Assembly (NCBI GenBank): GCA_029259185.1
Contig: JAPDJF010000035.1
Location: 1-37,843 of the forward strand
Source: Hadesarchaea archaeon
GTDB lineage: Archaea > Hadarchaeota > Hadarchaeia > Hadarchaeales > WYZ-LMO6
Reading direction: 5' to 3'
Length of the DNA: 37,843 nt
Shown here in pieces: positions 19,005 through 28,572 of the stretch. The notes below the pieces were generated by a model. The model did no database searches, was not told the DNA's origin, and worked only from the letters and a program-made list of their open reading frames with translations. The number at the start of each line of letters is the position of its first letter. The stretch's first letter is position 1. The position numbers and the translations under genes were made by a program.

Positions 19005-20000
19005 ATGGTGAGAATCGGGAGTGTAGAAGGGAGTATGGAAGACACGGAGATATGGACGGAGAAATACAGGCCTAAGAAGCTGGATGAAGTAATCGGGCAA
19101 GAAGAGATAGTGGCTAGGCTTAAAAATTTCGTCCGGAGTAGGGCGCTCCCTCACCTCCTCTTCTCAGGGCCCCCTGGAACGGGAAAGACCACCGCGGCGT
19201 TATGTTTGGCTAGGGAACTGTTCGGTGAGGAGTACTGGCGCCAGAACTTGCTGGAGCTGAACGCTTCCGATGAGCGGAAGATTGAGACCATCCGCACGAA
19301 GGTTAAGGATTATGCACGCACGAGACCCATAGGGGATGTTCCATATAAGATAATCCTCCTGGACGAGTCCGATGCATTGACTTCCGAAGCACAGCAGGCT
19401 CTTCGGAGGATGATGGAAATGTATTCCAAAACGTGCAGGTTTGTTTTGGACTGCAATTACTCGAGCAGGATAATAGAGCCCATCCAATCGAGGTGTGCGA
19501 TCTTCAGGTTCAGAAAGCTTACTGATAAGGACATAAAGCAAATGCTCCACCGCATAGCCCGTGCTGAGAGGCTGACGGTGGATGATAAGGGGATGGAGGC
19601 AATAATCTACGTCAGTGAGGGGGATATGCGCCATGCCATAAACTTACTTCAAGCGGCAGCGGCACTGAGGAAACACGTGACCGAGCGCACGGTTTACGAG
19701 GTGGCGGCAGTAGCCCATCCGAAAGAAATCAGGGAGATGGTAGAACTCGCTCTCGGTGGGAAATTCGAGGAAGCTAGGAAAAAACTCCATCAGCTGATGA
19801 TCGAGGAGGGTCTTTCTGGGGAGGATGTGTTGGCACAGGTCCACAAAGAAATTTTGAATCTAAAGATCCCCGAAAAGGCCAAGGTACAACTTATAGATAA
19901 GGTCGGAGAGTTCGACTTCAGGATAGTGGAGGGAGCCAACGAGCGAATTCAGCTCGAGGCGATGCTTGCTCATTTCGCGGTCGTCGGTGGGCGTGCTTGA
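19005..20000 (+). CDS. rfcS: Replication factor C small subunit (start may be ATG 19035)
   Basis: WTEKYRP, GPPGTGKT, ELNASDER, LDESD, SRC; no intein. Confidence 0.96.
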   Translation: MVRIGSVEGSMEDTEIWTEKYRPKKLDEVIGQEEIVARLKNFVRSRALPHLLFSGPPGTGKTTAALCLARELFGEEYWRQNLLELNASDERKIETIRTKVKDYARTRPIGDVPYKIILLDESDALTSEAQQALRRMMEMYSKTCRFVLDCNYSSRIIEPIQSRCAIFRFRKLTDKDIKQMLHRIARAERLTVDDKGMEAIIYVSEGDMRHAINLLQAAAALRKHVTERTVYEVAAVAHPKEIREMVELALGGKFEEARKKLHQLMIEEGLSGEDVLAQVHKEILNLKIPEKAKVQLIDKVGEFDFRIVEGANERIQLEAMLAHFAVVGGRA

Positions 20001-20761
20001 AGTAGCCTCCTGATGAACTCTCCCACCTCTGATACATTCCGGACGAAAAATTTGGCCGCGGAGTTCTTCCACCTCCGGGAAACCAAGATCGTTATTCCCT
20101 TTTCCTTGAGGGCGATGAAGGCATCTTCGTCGGTTCGGTCATCTCCAACGTAGACAGGTTTTAGCTCCCGCTTGGGGTCCAGAACTCTCCACAGCCAGAG
20201 AACGGCCTTTCCTTTGTCCCAATCGATATTTGGTCTTATCTCTAGTACCTTCTTCCCGTGGGTGATCCTCAGGTGACCAGATCTCAGGTAGGGTTCAGCG
20301 GTTTCTCTCAGTGTTTTCTTCACCTTCCCCACATCTTCTCTGGGAACCAACCGGTAGTGCAAACTTACCGTTAGTCCCTTGTCCTCGATGAGAACCCCAC
20401 GGATGGGGGCGAGCTCTTTCCGCAATTTTCGACAAAGCTCGGATAGGAAAGGTCTCACCTCACGAGCCTCAGATTTGACGAGATTTACTCCGGGTCCTCG
20501 AACCTCGAATCCATGGTTTCCAGCGTAGTAAATCCCTCGTAATCCCACGAATTTTCTCACATCGTGTAGACTCCTCCCACTAATTATCCCGAGCCTGTAC
20601 CGCTTGGAGGCGAGCATCAGCAATTCTTTCATCTCCGTTGAAAGGACGGCGAGTTCTGGTCTAGAAACTATGGGAGTAAGGGTTCCATCGTAGTCGAAGA
20701 GCAGGAGTGGGTTTCTCAGACCCCTGCTCACTTCTGCCCATCGATCAAAGAGGTGATTCAT
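19970..20761 (-). CDS. otsB: Trehalose-6-phosphate phosphatase
   Basis: DYDGTLTPI, ISGRS, GNHG, WDKGKA, GDDRTDEDAF. Confidence 0.93.
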   Translation of the reverse strand: MNHLFDRWAEVSRGLRNPLLLFDYDGTLTPIVSRPELAVLSTEMKELLMLASKRYRLGIISGRSLHDVRKFVGLRGIYYAGNHGFEVRGPGVNLVKSEAREVRPFLSELCRKLRKELAPIRGVLIEDKGLTVSLHYRLVPREDVGKVKKTLRETAEPYLRSGHLRITHGKKVLEIRPNIDWDKGKAVLWLWRVLDPKRELKPVYVGDDRTDEDAFIALKEKGITILVSRRWKNSAAKFFVRNVSEVGEFIRRLLQARPPTTAK

Positions 20762-22242
20762 CCCTTCACGATGGAGCCGACTTCCGTTATGAAGTCAGCC
20801 AGCCACCTGTAAACATCGTTCTCCGCGACGTGTCTTCTCAAATTCTTCATCCTTCGCTTTCTCTCCTCCATAGGCATCTCCAGAGCCGTTTTTATAGCGT
20901 CGGCGAACCCCTCGATGTCGTACGGATTAACGAAGAGGGCATCACGGAGCTCCTCCGTCGCTCCTGCGAACTTGCTTAAAACGAGCACACCCGTGCAGTC
21001 TACGTTCGCCGCCACAAACTCCTTCGCCACTAAGTTGAGCCCATCGTGGATCGGACTCACTATGCACACGTCGGCAGTTCTGTAGAGGGCGAAGAGTCTC
21101 TTCCAGTCCATCTTCCCCTCGATGTAGATGAGCGGTTTCCAGTATCCCCTGAGATACTTCCAGTTTATCTCATCCGCGAGCTGGCGGATCCGCTCACCCA
21201 ACTCCATGTATGCGGGAACCCTGGTGCGACTCGGTGCTCCGGCTTCCACGAAGACGAAATTGTTCTGGTACTGGGGATACTTCTCGAGAAACCGGTCTAT
21301 CGCCCGGAAGCGTTCGATGATCCCTTTCGTGTAGTCTATCCTGTCCACCCCTACTCCAATGTACTTATAAGGTATGTACTGGGGAGCCCTCACCACCTTT
21401 ATTTCTTTCTTCACCTCAGGTCTCCGGGCTAACTTGTCGATGGTTTCGAAGTCGATGCTTATCGGAAAATTCTTCACGTGTGTGATGTGGCCGTTGTATT
21501 CAACGGTGTAGTTCTTGTAGTCAGCTTTGGCCCCTAAGATCTTCTCGGTGCTCGCGAGGAAATTCATGCAGTAGTTCCGGATGTGAAAACCTATGAGATC
21601 GTTTGCGAGCAGACCTTCCAAGATCTCTCTCGCCCAGGGAAGGTAAGAGAAAACATTCCACGTGGGCCACGGGATGTGCCAGAAGTGAGCGAGTACGAGC
21701 TTTCTCTTCTTAGGGAATCCGTTTCTCACCATTTTCGGAACGAGTGTCAGGTGGTAATCTTGAATCCACACGAAAGCTTTTTCAGCGCTCCCTATCTCTT
21801 CTCTTACCGCTTGCGCGAACAGCCGGTTCGAGTGGACGTATCCACTCCAGAACGATTTATCGAAAACAGGTTTCTCGAAAACGGTGTGACAGAGGGGCCA
21901 GAGGGTCTGGTTGGAGAAACCGAAGTAGAATTTGTCTACCTCGTTTTTGGACATCCACACTCTCCTCAGCGTGTACTTGGGATTCTGGGGGGGGACCCTC
22001 ACTCTATCGTGTTCGTCCACGTTTTCGCGGTCGGCGTCCCCGCTTCCCCCCGCAACCCACGTGCCACCCACCGCTTGCATCAATGGATCGAGGGCAGCTG
22101 TGAGCCCGCCAGCAGGGGTTTTTACCTTCACCCCTTCCGGAGTGTACATGTGGATGTATGGCTCTCGATTGGAAACTATGAGGAATTTATATCCTCGGAG
22201 CACCGATTGGACGAGCTTTTGGACGTCCTGAGCTGAGACCAC
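20758..22242 (-). CDS. otsA: Trehalose-6-phosphate synthase (GT20)
   Basis: VSNREP, AGGL, WIQDYHL, HIPWP, DRIDYTKGI, DGLNLVAKEF. Confidence 0.95.
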   Translation of the reverse strand: MVSAQDVQKLVQSVLRGYKFLIVSNREPYIHMYTPEGVKVKTPAGGLTAALDPLMQAVGGTWVAGGSGDADRENVDEHDRVRVPPQNPKYTLRRVWMSKNEVDKFYFGFSNQTLWPLCHTVFEKPVFDKSFWSGYVHSNRLFAQAVREEIGSAEKAFVWIQDYHLTLVPKMVRNGFPKKRKLVLAHFWHIPWPTWNVFSYLPWAREILEGLLANDLIGFHIRNYCMNFLASTEKILGAKADYKNYTVEYNGHITHVKNFPISIDFETIDKLARRPEVKKEIKVVRAPQYIPYKYIGVGVDRIDYTKGIIERFRAIDRFLEKYPQYQNNFVFVEAGAPSRTRVPAYMELGERIRQLADEINWKYLRGYWKPLIYIEGKMDWKRLFALYRTADVCIVSPIHDGLNLVAKEFVAANVDCTGVLVLSKFAGATEELRDALFVNPYDIEGFADAIKTALEMPMEERKRRMKNLRRHVAENDVYRWLADFITEVGSIVKG

Positions 22243-22273
22243 CTAGACCACAAAAAGCTGGGGTTTTCAGGGG

Positions 22274-22287
22274 GATAAATATTTATC
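22274..22287. promoter_or_regulatory. Perfect AT-rich palindrome GATAAATATTTATC between divergent otsA and mscS (bidirectional TATA or operator)
   Basis: 14-bp palindrome centred about 28 nt before the mscS ATG and about 38 nt before the otsA GTG. Confidence 0.5.
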
Positions 22288-22308
22288 GACTCTTCCCGAC
22301 TAACGAAG

Positions 22309-23346
22309 ATGCTTCTCGAGGAGCTCCAGCGGTGGCTCCCCACGATTCTCGTGTTGGTAGGATTCGTGCTGGCAGGGTTCATCCTGAGGATCGTACTAGA
22401 CTTGGGGATGACTAGGGTGATCAGGAAAAGCAAGACGAAGATAGATGACATAATTGTCAACGCGATCAGGACACCCGTGCTCATAATATTCTTGATATTC
22501 GGTCTTGAGTTAGCTTTCGAAACAGCACCCTCCCGGCCCTCCGTGCTTGTGGACATCCTCCCTCTCCTCTTCCACACGTTAGTGGTGCTCGCCGTGGCGA
22601 TATCGGCGGTGAAGGCCATCAACGGATTGCTGAAGCACTATGGAACCATGCGCCCCGCCTTGAAGTCGGTCGTGCCGACCCTTCAGAAAGTCGTGAGGTT
22701 CATAATCGCGATCGTGACCCTCCTCTTGATTTTAGATGGGCTGGGTGTAAACGTGACCGCAGCTGCAGCTGCACTGGGGATAGCTGGTATAGCGATAGCG
22801 TTCGCCCTCCAGGGGACCCTTTCGGAATTCTTTGCAGGGTTGTACATAATGGCGGATCGGCCTATAAGGGTTGGTGATTACGTCAGGCTCGAGACTGGAC
22901 AAGAGGGTTATGTGGCGGATATAGGTTGGCGGAGCATAAAGATACGCGAACTTCCGAATAACATCATAGTCATTCCGAACTCCAAGGTCGCGAGCTCGAT
23001 AGTGACCAACTACTATCTCCCCGAGACCGAGATGGCATGCTTGGTTCAGGTGGGTGTCAGCTATGACAGCGATCTTGAGAAGGTGGAACGCGTGACGATC
23101 GATGTGGCCAAGAAAGTTTTAAAGAAGGTGAGCGGGGGCGTCCCCGACTTCGAGCCCTTCATACGGTACCACACCTTCAGCGATTTCAGCATAAACTTCA
23201 CGGTGATATTGAGAGTCAAGGAATACGTCGACAAGTATTTGGTTACCCATGAGTTCGTCAAGGAACTTCACAAACGGTACAAGGAGGAGGGAATAGAGAT
23301 TCCTTTCCCCATCCGTACGGTTTATTTGCGGAGGAAGAGAGCCTAG
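22309..23346 (+). CDS. mscS: Small-conductance mechanosensitive channel
   Basis: Several TM helices, AFALQGTLSEFFAG, DRPIRVGD, IPNS, GIEIPFP. Confidence 0.92.
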   Translation: MLLEELQRWLPTILVLVGFVLAGFILRIVLDLGMTRVIRKSKTKIDDIIVNAIRTPVLIIFLIFGLELAFETAPSRPSVLVDILPLLFHTLVVLAVAISAVKAINGLLKHYGTMRPALKSVVPTLQKVVRFIIAIVTLLLILDGLGVNVTAAAAALGIAGIAIAFALQGTLSEFFAGLYIMADRPIRVGDYVRLETGQEGYVADIGWRSIKIRELPNNIIVIPNSKVASSIVTNYYLPETEMACLVQVGVSYDSDLEKVERVTIDVAKKVLKKVSGGVPDFEPFIRYHTFSDFSINFTVILRVKEYVDKYLVTHEFVKELHKRYKEEGIEIPFPIRTVYLRRKRA

Positions 23347-24722
23347 TCGCTTTTTCCTTCTTTGAACTTTTGGATGGCATCTTGGAAGACTTCAAGGATC
23401 TTCTTTATTCCTTCTCTCAGGGAGAGGATCCTCACGGTTTCCCTGCCCCTCTCACCCATCCTCATGGATGCTTCCGGGTTTTCTAACAACCAAGTCAGTT
23501 TTTCCGTCAACTCACCCACGTTCATGGGCTCGAAGGTGTATCCGTTCGTCCTCTCTATCACTATCTCCGAGGCCCCGGCCCCCCTGCTTACGACTACGGG
23601 CTTCTTGTAGATCCAAGCCTCGCCCACCACGAGTCCGAAGCCCTCTTTTACGGAGGGGAGAACTACCACTTCTGCTCGTTTGTATGCGGCTTTGAGGAGC
23701 CTATCGTGGAGGTAGCCCGTGAATATCACATGATCTTCGAGCTTCAGCTCCCTCACGAGGTTCTCAAGTTGGTATCTCCACATCACACCCTTTGGGAGGG
23801 ACAGCCCTCCCCGGGTGGAGCCTGAGAAGCTTCCATCCCCGATGAGCATCAATTTCAGGTTTTTGAACTTGTGCACGAGAGGAGCTAGCGATTTTATTGC
23901 CGTGTCCTGGCTCTTAACCCTGTCCATCCTCCCCACCACCAGAATGATCCTGTCTCCCTCCTTTATCCCGAACCTTGAGCAGAATTCTTCCACATCCGAA
24001 CTCTTTGGTTCAGTCCACTTCTCCTCGTCTATGTATGGGTATATCTGATAGGCCCTTCCATGATATCCGGCTCTGATCAATCCCTCTAAATCTCTCCTGC
24101 AACTGACGATCACCGCGTCAAACGATTCGAGGCATCGTATCATGAAATTTCTGATGTATGGGTCTATGGTGTCGAACTGGAGAGGAATGTGCCATCTGAA
24201 CACCGTGGGCGCCGCTAGTCCTATCATGCTTCCTATCTGAAGTTGCTGGAAATCGTGGATGTAAAAGAGGTCGATAGGTGCTAGCTCAAACATCTTGGTA
24301 GCACATGCCCAGTTATATTTCGCGTAGGCTTCGAACTCCTTCGGTCCCACTTGGCGTTTTTCCAAATCATGGATTTCCTCCCATATCCTCTCCTTCATGT
24401 GAGCGTAAGCAGAGAGTTCCTGAGGTCCTAGGGAAATGTTGTGGATGGAGATCTTCCCGATCGTCATCCGCTCTGGCCCGATTGGATTCAGCGACACCCA
24501 GTGCACCCGTTTGGCTATGTTCTGGCGGAGCATCTTTTTTAACAGCGGGAAGAGGAGCTTGGGAACTCCTCCGGGGGTGAGTTCGTAGTCTTCGCCTTCT
24601 TCGAGCATCTCGAGAGGGACGGGATCGGGTAAATCTCCATACTTCTCCAGTAGCTCAGAGTACTGGAGTTTGAAGCGAATGAGTGGGGTTTGAGAGTTAA
24701 CGCACAGAACCAATTTTTCCAT
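23343..24722 (-). CDS. GT4-family glycosyltransferase, trehalose-cluster associated
   Basis: IHDFQQL, FRWHIP, VGRMDRVKSQ, PSVKEGFGLVVGEA. Confidence 0.85.
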   Translation of the reverse strand: MEKLVLCVNSQTPLIRFKLQYSELLEKYGDLPDPVPLEMLEEGEDYELTPGGVPKLLFPLLKKMLRQNIAKRVHWVSLNPIGPERMTIGKISIHNISLGPQELSAYAHMKERIWEEIHDLEKRQVGPKEFEAYAKYNWACATKMFELAPIDLFYIHDFQQLQIGSMIGLAAPTVFRWHIPLQFDTIDPYIRNFMIRCLESFDAVIVSCRRDLEGLIRAGYHGRAYQIYPYIDEEKWTEPKSSDVEEFCSRFGIKEGDRIILVVGRMDRVKSQDTAIKSLAPLVHKFKNLKLMLIGDGSFSGSTRGGLSLPKGVMWRYQLENLVRELKLEDHVIFTGYLHDRLLKAAYKRAEVVVLPSVKEGFGLVVGEAWIYKKPVVVSRGAGASEIVIERTNGYTFEPMNVGELTEKLTWLLENPEASMRMGERGRETVRILSLREGIKKILEVFQDAIQKFKEGKSD

Positions 24723-24769
24723 CCATTAAGTTTGAATTCGCGAAATAAAAAATTAATTTGGAACAGAGG

Positions 24770-26857
24770 CTATCTCCGTTTTTTTCTCCACTCGGATTTG
24801 GTCGGACATTTGGGATCCAGACACATCTTGTATGGTCTCATGCCAGGCCGATTCACTTGGATCATAGGAGTTCCGCACTCTTCACAAGTTTTGTTGAGAG
24901 TTATGATCATCCCTGAGTGGGGAAGCGGATACGAGTTCTTGCACCCCTTGCCGAAGTTCGAACATCCCGCGAAACGTTTGTGGGTGCTTCTCGAGACTAC
25001 TATCTTCAGTTCTCCTCCGCACTTCGGGCATTTTCCGAGGATCTTCTGAAGTCGCTTCGTTTTCCTGTAGACCTCGCTCAACTCCCTTCCTATTTTCAAC
25101 TCATTAGCTTTGAATTTTGATAGGATCTTGTTGAGTTCTTTCTTCGCTTTTTCGATCACCTCCTCCTTTTTGACCTTCCCAACTTGGATCGCATCCATCT
25201 TCCTCTCGAATTCGGCGGTCAGTTCTTCGCTCACGATTTCGGGACAATATTTCTGGAGGGTATTGACCACGTGGATTCCGAGCTCGGTAACGGTGATCTG
25301 GTTTCCGAAGATATACCCTCTCTCGTAAAGGTTTTGGAGGATCGGGGCCCTCGTGGCTTTGGTTCCTAGGTTGCGGGCTTCCATCTCTTTCACGATAGAT
25401 GCCGGATTGTAACGTGGTGGAGGTTGAGTCTCCTTCCTTTCGAAGAGAACTTCTTTCACCCTCAGCGTTTGACCCTCCTTAAGAGATGGCAAGATTATTT
25501 CTTCGGTTGCACCGTAGCGTCCGTAGTACGCGAGCCATCCTTCTTCCAGCACCCGTCTTCCTCTGAGATAAAAAGGTTCCTTCCCAACCTCGACCCTGAC
25601 ACGAAGACTCTCCACCAGAGCTGGGCGACCAAACACCGAGAAGAATCGTCGGACTATGAGGTCATACAGCCTCTGCTGGGGTCCGGTGAGTTTCCCGGGG
25701 TTTTCTCCCGTTGGGTATATGGCTGGGTGAGCAGGGTCGGTCTTTTTGCCCTCGTTAGGTTTCGGCTCTCGTGTGGAGAGGATTTCGTTGGATATCTCCC
25801 TATACGACTTTGAGATTTCCCCGAGTTGTTTTAGAATCTTCACGTAATCGATGGTCGGGGGAAGCTTCTGTGAACTGGTCCGAGGGTAGCTTATCAGGGC
25901 CGCTTGGTAAAGGGCTTGGGCTATTTGCTGGGTACGCATGGGAGTGTACCCAAAGCATCGGTATGCTTCCGATTGCAGACCTCCTAAGTCAAACGGGACG
26001 GGTGGCGGGCGTCTGTACTGGCGGATTTGGATCTCCCTGATTTCCGCAATCTCACTTTCGCATGCAGCCTTTGCCCTCTTCGCTTCCCCTTCGTCGAAGA
26101 AGCGCTGCTTTGCGTGTTCTGCCAAGATCTCCTTTCCCTCCACGTCTAAGAGAAGATTCAAGACCCAGAACGGCTTTGGCTTGAAACGCTTGATCTCGAG
26201 TTCTCTCTCCGTCAAGATCTTGAGGGTGGGGGTCTGCACACGTCCAGCGGAGAGTTTCGCGAACCTCTCGCTCGCTGCTTGTACGGAAGAGCTCAGAGCC
26301 TTGCTCACGTTCACCCCCCAATACCAGTCGAGAGTATGCCTCGCTATCCCAGCTTCTATGAGTTCGAAATCTAGGGTGGGCATGATCTCTTCATACGCTT
26401 TGCGTATGTCTTCAGCTGTTAGAGTGGAGAACTTCATGCGTTTGGCTTTCTTCAGGGAGTCCTCTCCGCACAGGTACTTCAAGATGCTCCATCCTATAAC
26501 GCTCCCCTCGATGTCGAAGTCCGTTGCTACTATGTAGTCGTCGCTTTCCCTTGCCAACTCCCTTATAGTTTCAACGAACACCCTGCTTTTTGCAGCCTTC
26601 TTGTCCACGGAATACGTAGGGACCCAGTCTACATCGTACACGGGGTAATCACGCATAGGTTTCACGTTTTTAAGCGTGAAGAGGTGTCCGAGGGCCGGAA
26701 CCACCACCATTTTTCTCCCATCCAGTTCCAACTCATAGTAGGGAACGTCATTGAGTTCCTGTCTCACAGCCCTCTTTCCACCTAAAGCGATCGCTATCTT
26801 AGACGCAGCCGTAGGCTTTTCGCACACGATGAGGGTTTTGTTCTTCATCTCGACCAC
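24770..26857 (-). CDS. topA: DNA topoisomerase IA (start GTG 26857 or ATG 26848)
   Basis: CEKP, ATDFDIEG, SAGRVQTPTL, active-site ISYPRT, AHPAIYPT, LGTKATR, C-terminal Zn ribbons. Confidence 0.96.
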   Translation of the reverse strand: MVEMKNKTLIVCEKPTAASKIAIALGGKRAVRQELNDVPYYELELDGRKMVVVPALGHLFTLKNVKPMRDYPVYDVDWVPTYSVDKKAAKSRVFVETIRELARESDDYIVATDFDIEGSVIGWSILKYLCGEDSLKKAKRMKFSTLTAEDIRKAYEEIMPTLDFELIEAGIARHTLDWYWGVNVSKALSSSVQAASERFAKLSAGRVQTPTLKILTERELEIKRFKPKPFWVLNLLLDVEGKEILAEHAKQRFFDEGEAKRAKAACESEIAEIREIQIRQYRRPPPVPFDLGGLQSEAYRCFGYTPMRTQQIAQALYQAALISYPRTSSQKLPPTIDYVKILKQLGEISKSYREISNEILSTREPKPNEGKKTDPAHPAIYPTGENPGKLTGPQQRLYDLIVRRFFSVFGRPALVESLRVRVEVGKEPFYLRGRRVLEEGWLAYYGRYGATEEIILPSLKEGQTLRVKEVLFERKETQPPPRYNPASIVKEMEARNLGTKATRAPILQNLYERGYIFGNQITVTELGIHVVNTLQKYCPEIVSEELTAEFERKMDAIQVGKVKKEEVIEKAKKELNKILSKFKANELKIGRELSEVYRKTKRLQKILGKCPKCGGELKIVVSRSTHKRFAGCSNFGKGCKNSYPLPHSGMIITLNKTCEECGTPMIQVNRPGMRPYKMCLDPKCPTKSEWRKKRR

Positions 26858-27137
26858 CGCGAGGAGACCCCGTCCGAAAGGGCGGGGGGGAACTGCGGAG
26901 GATTTTTAGGTGAAAATGCGCGTGCGATCTCTGAAAGGCAATCCCGCGGGGAGCGGCTCGGATGTGGGCCGGATGTCCGGAAGCCCGAATAGGGCTCCGG
27001 ACCGAAGCGGGCGGAGGAGTCGAGCAGGCTCGCTCTGGACGCGCCGCCGTCAACCGGCCTCGTGCGGGTCTGAGTGCGATGAGTTTCGAGCACCATGATC
27101 ACCTGCAAGTCCATTCCTTTAGGGAGGGGTAGTTGAC
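26858..27137 (+). mobile_element. 280-bp non-coding IS200/IS605 derivative (left-end hairpin, structured interior, right end/omegaRNA)
   Basis: CCAC|...GGAG-A-CCCCGTCC-GAAA-GGGCGGGG, nearly identical to the 37736-37760 hairpin; right end GCCGTCAACCGGC...CAAG-hairpin-GGGGTAGTTGAC. Confidence 0.8.
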
Positions 27138-27189
27138 TACCTCCATACCGTCAAGCAAATTTTTGGCTCTTCTGCCGAATATAGATTTG

Positions 27190-28062
27190 ATGAAATGTTC
27201 TAGGTGTTCTAGATGGGCGGTAGCGGAGGTAGGATGGAAGGGGAGAGCGTATTGTTCAGATCATTACCGGGAATACTTCTTGGGGCAAGTTCGGAAGGTC
27301 ATGGATAAGTTTAGGGTGGGGGGAAAGGTGTGTGTTGCCGTCTCAGGGGGGAAGGACTCTGCCGCTTGTTTAGAGGCTCTTACCCATTTCAGGGGCATCG
27401 AATTAGAGGCGTTTTTCTTAGACCTTGGTATCCCTAGGTTTTCGAGGGGGAGCTTGAAGAAAGTCTCCGAGCTTTGTGAAGAATTGGGGGTGGATCTCAC
27501 AGTGGTTTCCCTCAAGGAAAGGTGGGGAAAGTCGATCCCCGAGATATTGAAGGAGCGGAAGGGGAAAGCGTGTAGCCTCTGCGGGACGGTGAAGAGGTAC
27601 GTGATGAACGCGTATTCTTACGAGGGACGATTCGACTTTCTGGCTACCGGGCATACGCTCTCCGACGTTGTTTCGTCAACTCTCAACAACCTAGCTAATG
27701 TGTACGTGCAGGCGTTTAGGGGGGTGGGCCCGTTTTTGGAGGCCAAAGAGGAGTTCAAACTCAGCCGAAAGATCAAACCCCTGTACTACCTCACCGATGA
27801 GGAGTGCAAGCTGTACTCCGAGCTTTTAGAGCTTCCATTCTATACGGGGAAGTGTCCGTATGTTTCGGACGCTCCGACGAAGCGGATCAAGGCTTGGCTT
27901 AACAGACTGGAGCGGGACCAACCCGGTGTGCTCAGAAACTTTGCAAAATCTTTCACCCTTCTAGAATCCTCGATGGAGAATAGGGGGGAGATCTTGAAAT
28001 GCAAGAGGTGTGGGTACGCAACGACTACGAGGATTTGCAAATTCTGCAGGCTGATGAACTAG
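27190..28062 (+). CDS. TtuA/Ncs6-like PP-loop tRNA thiolation protein
   Basis: N-terminal CSRC...CSDH, SGGKDS, CSLC, ATGH, CPY, C-terminal CKRC...CKFC; start taken at ATG 27190. Confidence 0.85.
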   Translation: MKCSRCSRWAVAEVGWKGRAYCSDHYREYFLGQVRKVMDKFRVGGKVCVAVSGGKDSAACLEALTHFRGIELEAFFLDLGIPRFSRGSLKKVSELCEELGVDLTVVSLKERWGKSIPEILKERKGKACSLCGTVKRYVMNAYSYEGRFDFLATGHTLSDVVSSTLNNLANVYVQAFRGVGPFLEAKEEFKLSRKIKPLYYLTDEECKLYSELLELPFYTGKCPYVSDAPTKRIKAWLNRLERDQPGVLRNFAKSFTLLESSMENRGEILKCKRCGYATTTRICKFCRLMN

Positions 28063-28571
28063 TACTGGATTCCCTCGGTGGTGACAGCCTCTTTGGGGCT
28101 TTTCACCGGGAGAATCATGCTGACGAAATCTGCTCTCTCGATCAGTCTCTTCTTCGCGAACCTTCCCGTGAGGATCACGTTAGTTTTCTCCGGTAACCTT
28201 TCGATGAGTTCCAAGACATCTTCCACCCTTATAAGCTTGCAGTGAATGGCTAGGTTCACCTCGTCTAGGATGAGGAGATGAGGCTTTTTTTCCTCCGCGA
28301 TCTTTTTAGCGAATTCGATGGCCTTCTTACACAGCCTCTTGTCCCTCTCGTCGAGATTTTCGAATCCTTTCCATCCCCTTCTTCCGAACTGGTAGATCTC
28401 GTATTGGGGACCTAACTTCTTCTTTATTTTATACTCCCCAGTTTTTTTCCACCATTTGAGAAACTGGATTATTACTACTTTGTGTCCGTGCCCGATGGAT
28501 CTGAGAGCGAGTCCTAGAGCACTTGATGTCTTCCCAGCTCCGGTTCCGGTATAGATGTACACGTGCCCCAT
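28059..28571 (-). CDS. cobO: Cob(I)alamin adenosyltransferase, CobO/BtuR type
   Basis: YTGTGAGKTSSALG, IQFLK, ILDEVN, LTGR, GIQY. Confidence 0.88.
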   Translation of the reverse strand: MGHVYIYTGTGAGKTSSALGLALRSIGHGHKVVIIQFLKWWKKTGEYKIKKKLGPQYEIYQFGRRGWKGFENLDERDKRLCKKAIEFAKKIAEEKKPHLLILDEVNLAIHCKLIRVEDVLELIERLPEKTNVILTGRFAKKRLIERADFVSMILPVKSPKEAVTTEGIQY

Positions 28572-28572
28572 A

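Noticed and set aside
9497-21432. Many long antisense/overlapping ORFs (e.g. 9497-10207, 12430-13014, 16081-16662)
   Set aside because: Shadow frames of well-supported genes with Ser/Phe-rich non-protein-like composition.
26858-27137. SRP RNA or RNase P RNA (GC-rich, about 300 nt, intergenic)
   Set aside because: No SRP helix-8 motif or RNase P conserved blocks found on either strand; the ends match IS605-type termini repeated at 37730.
27133-27189. TTG start and N-terminal extension of the TtuA-like ORF
   Set aside because: The TTG lies in the element terminus GTTGAC; the family begins at MKCSRC (27190).
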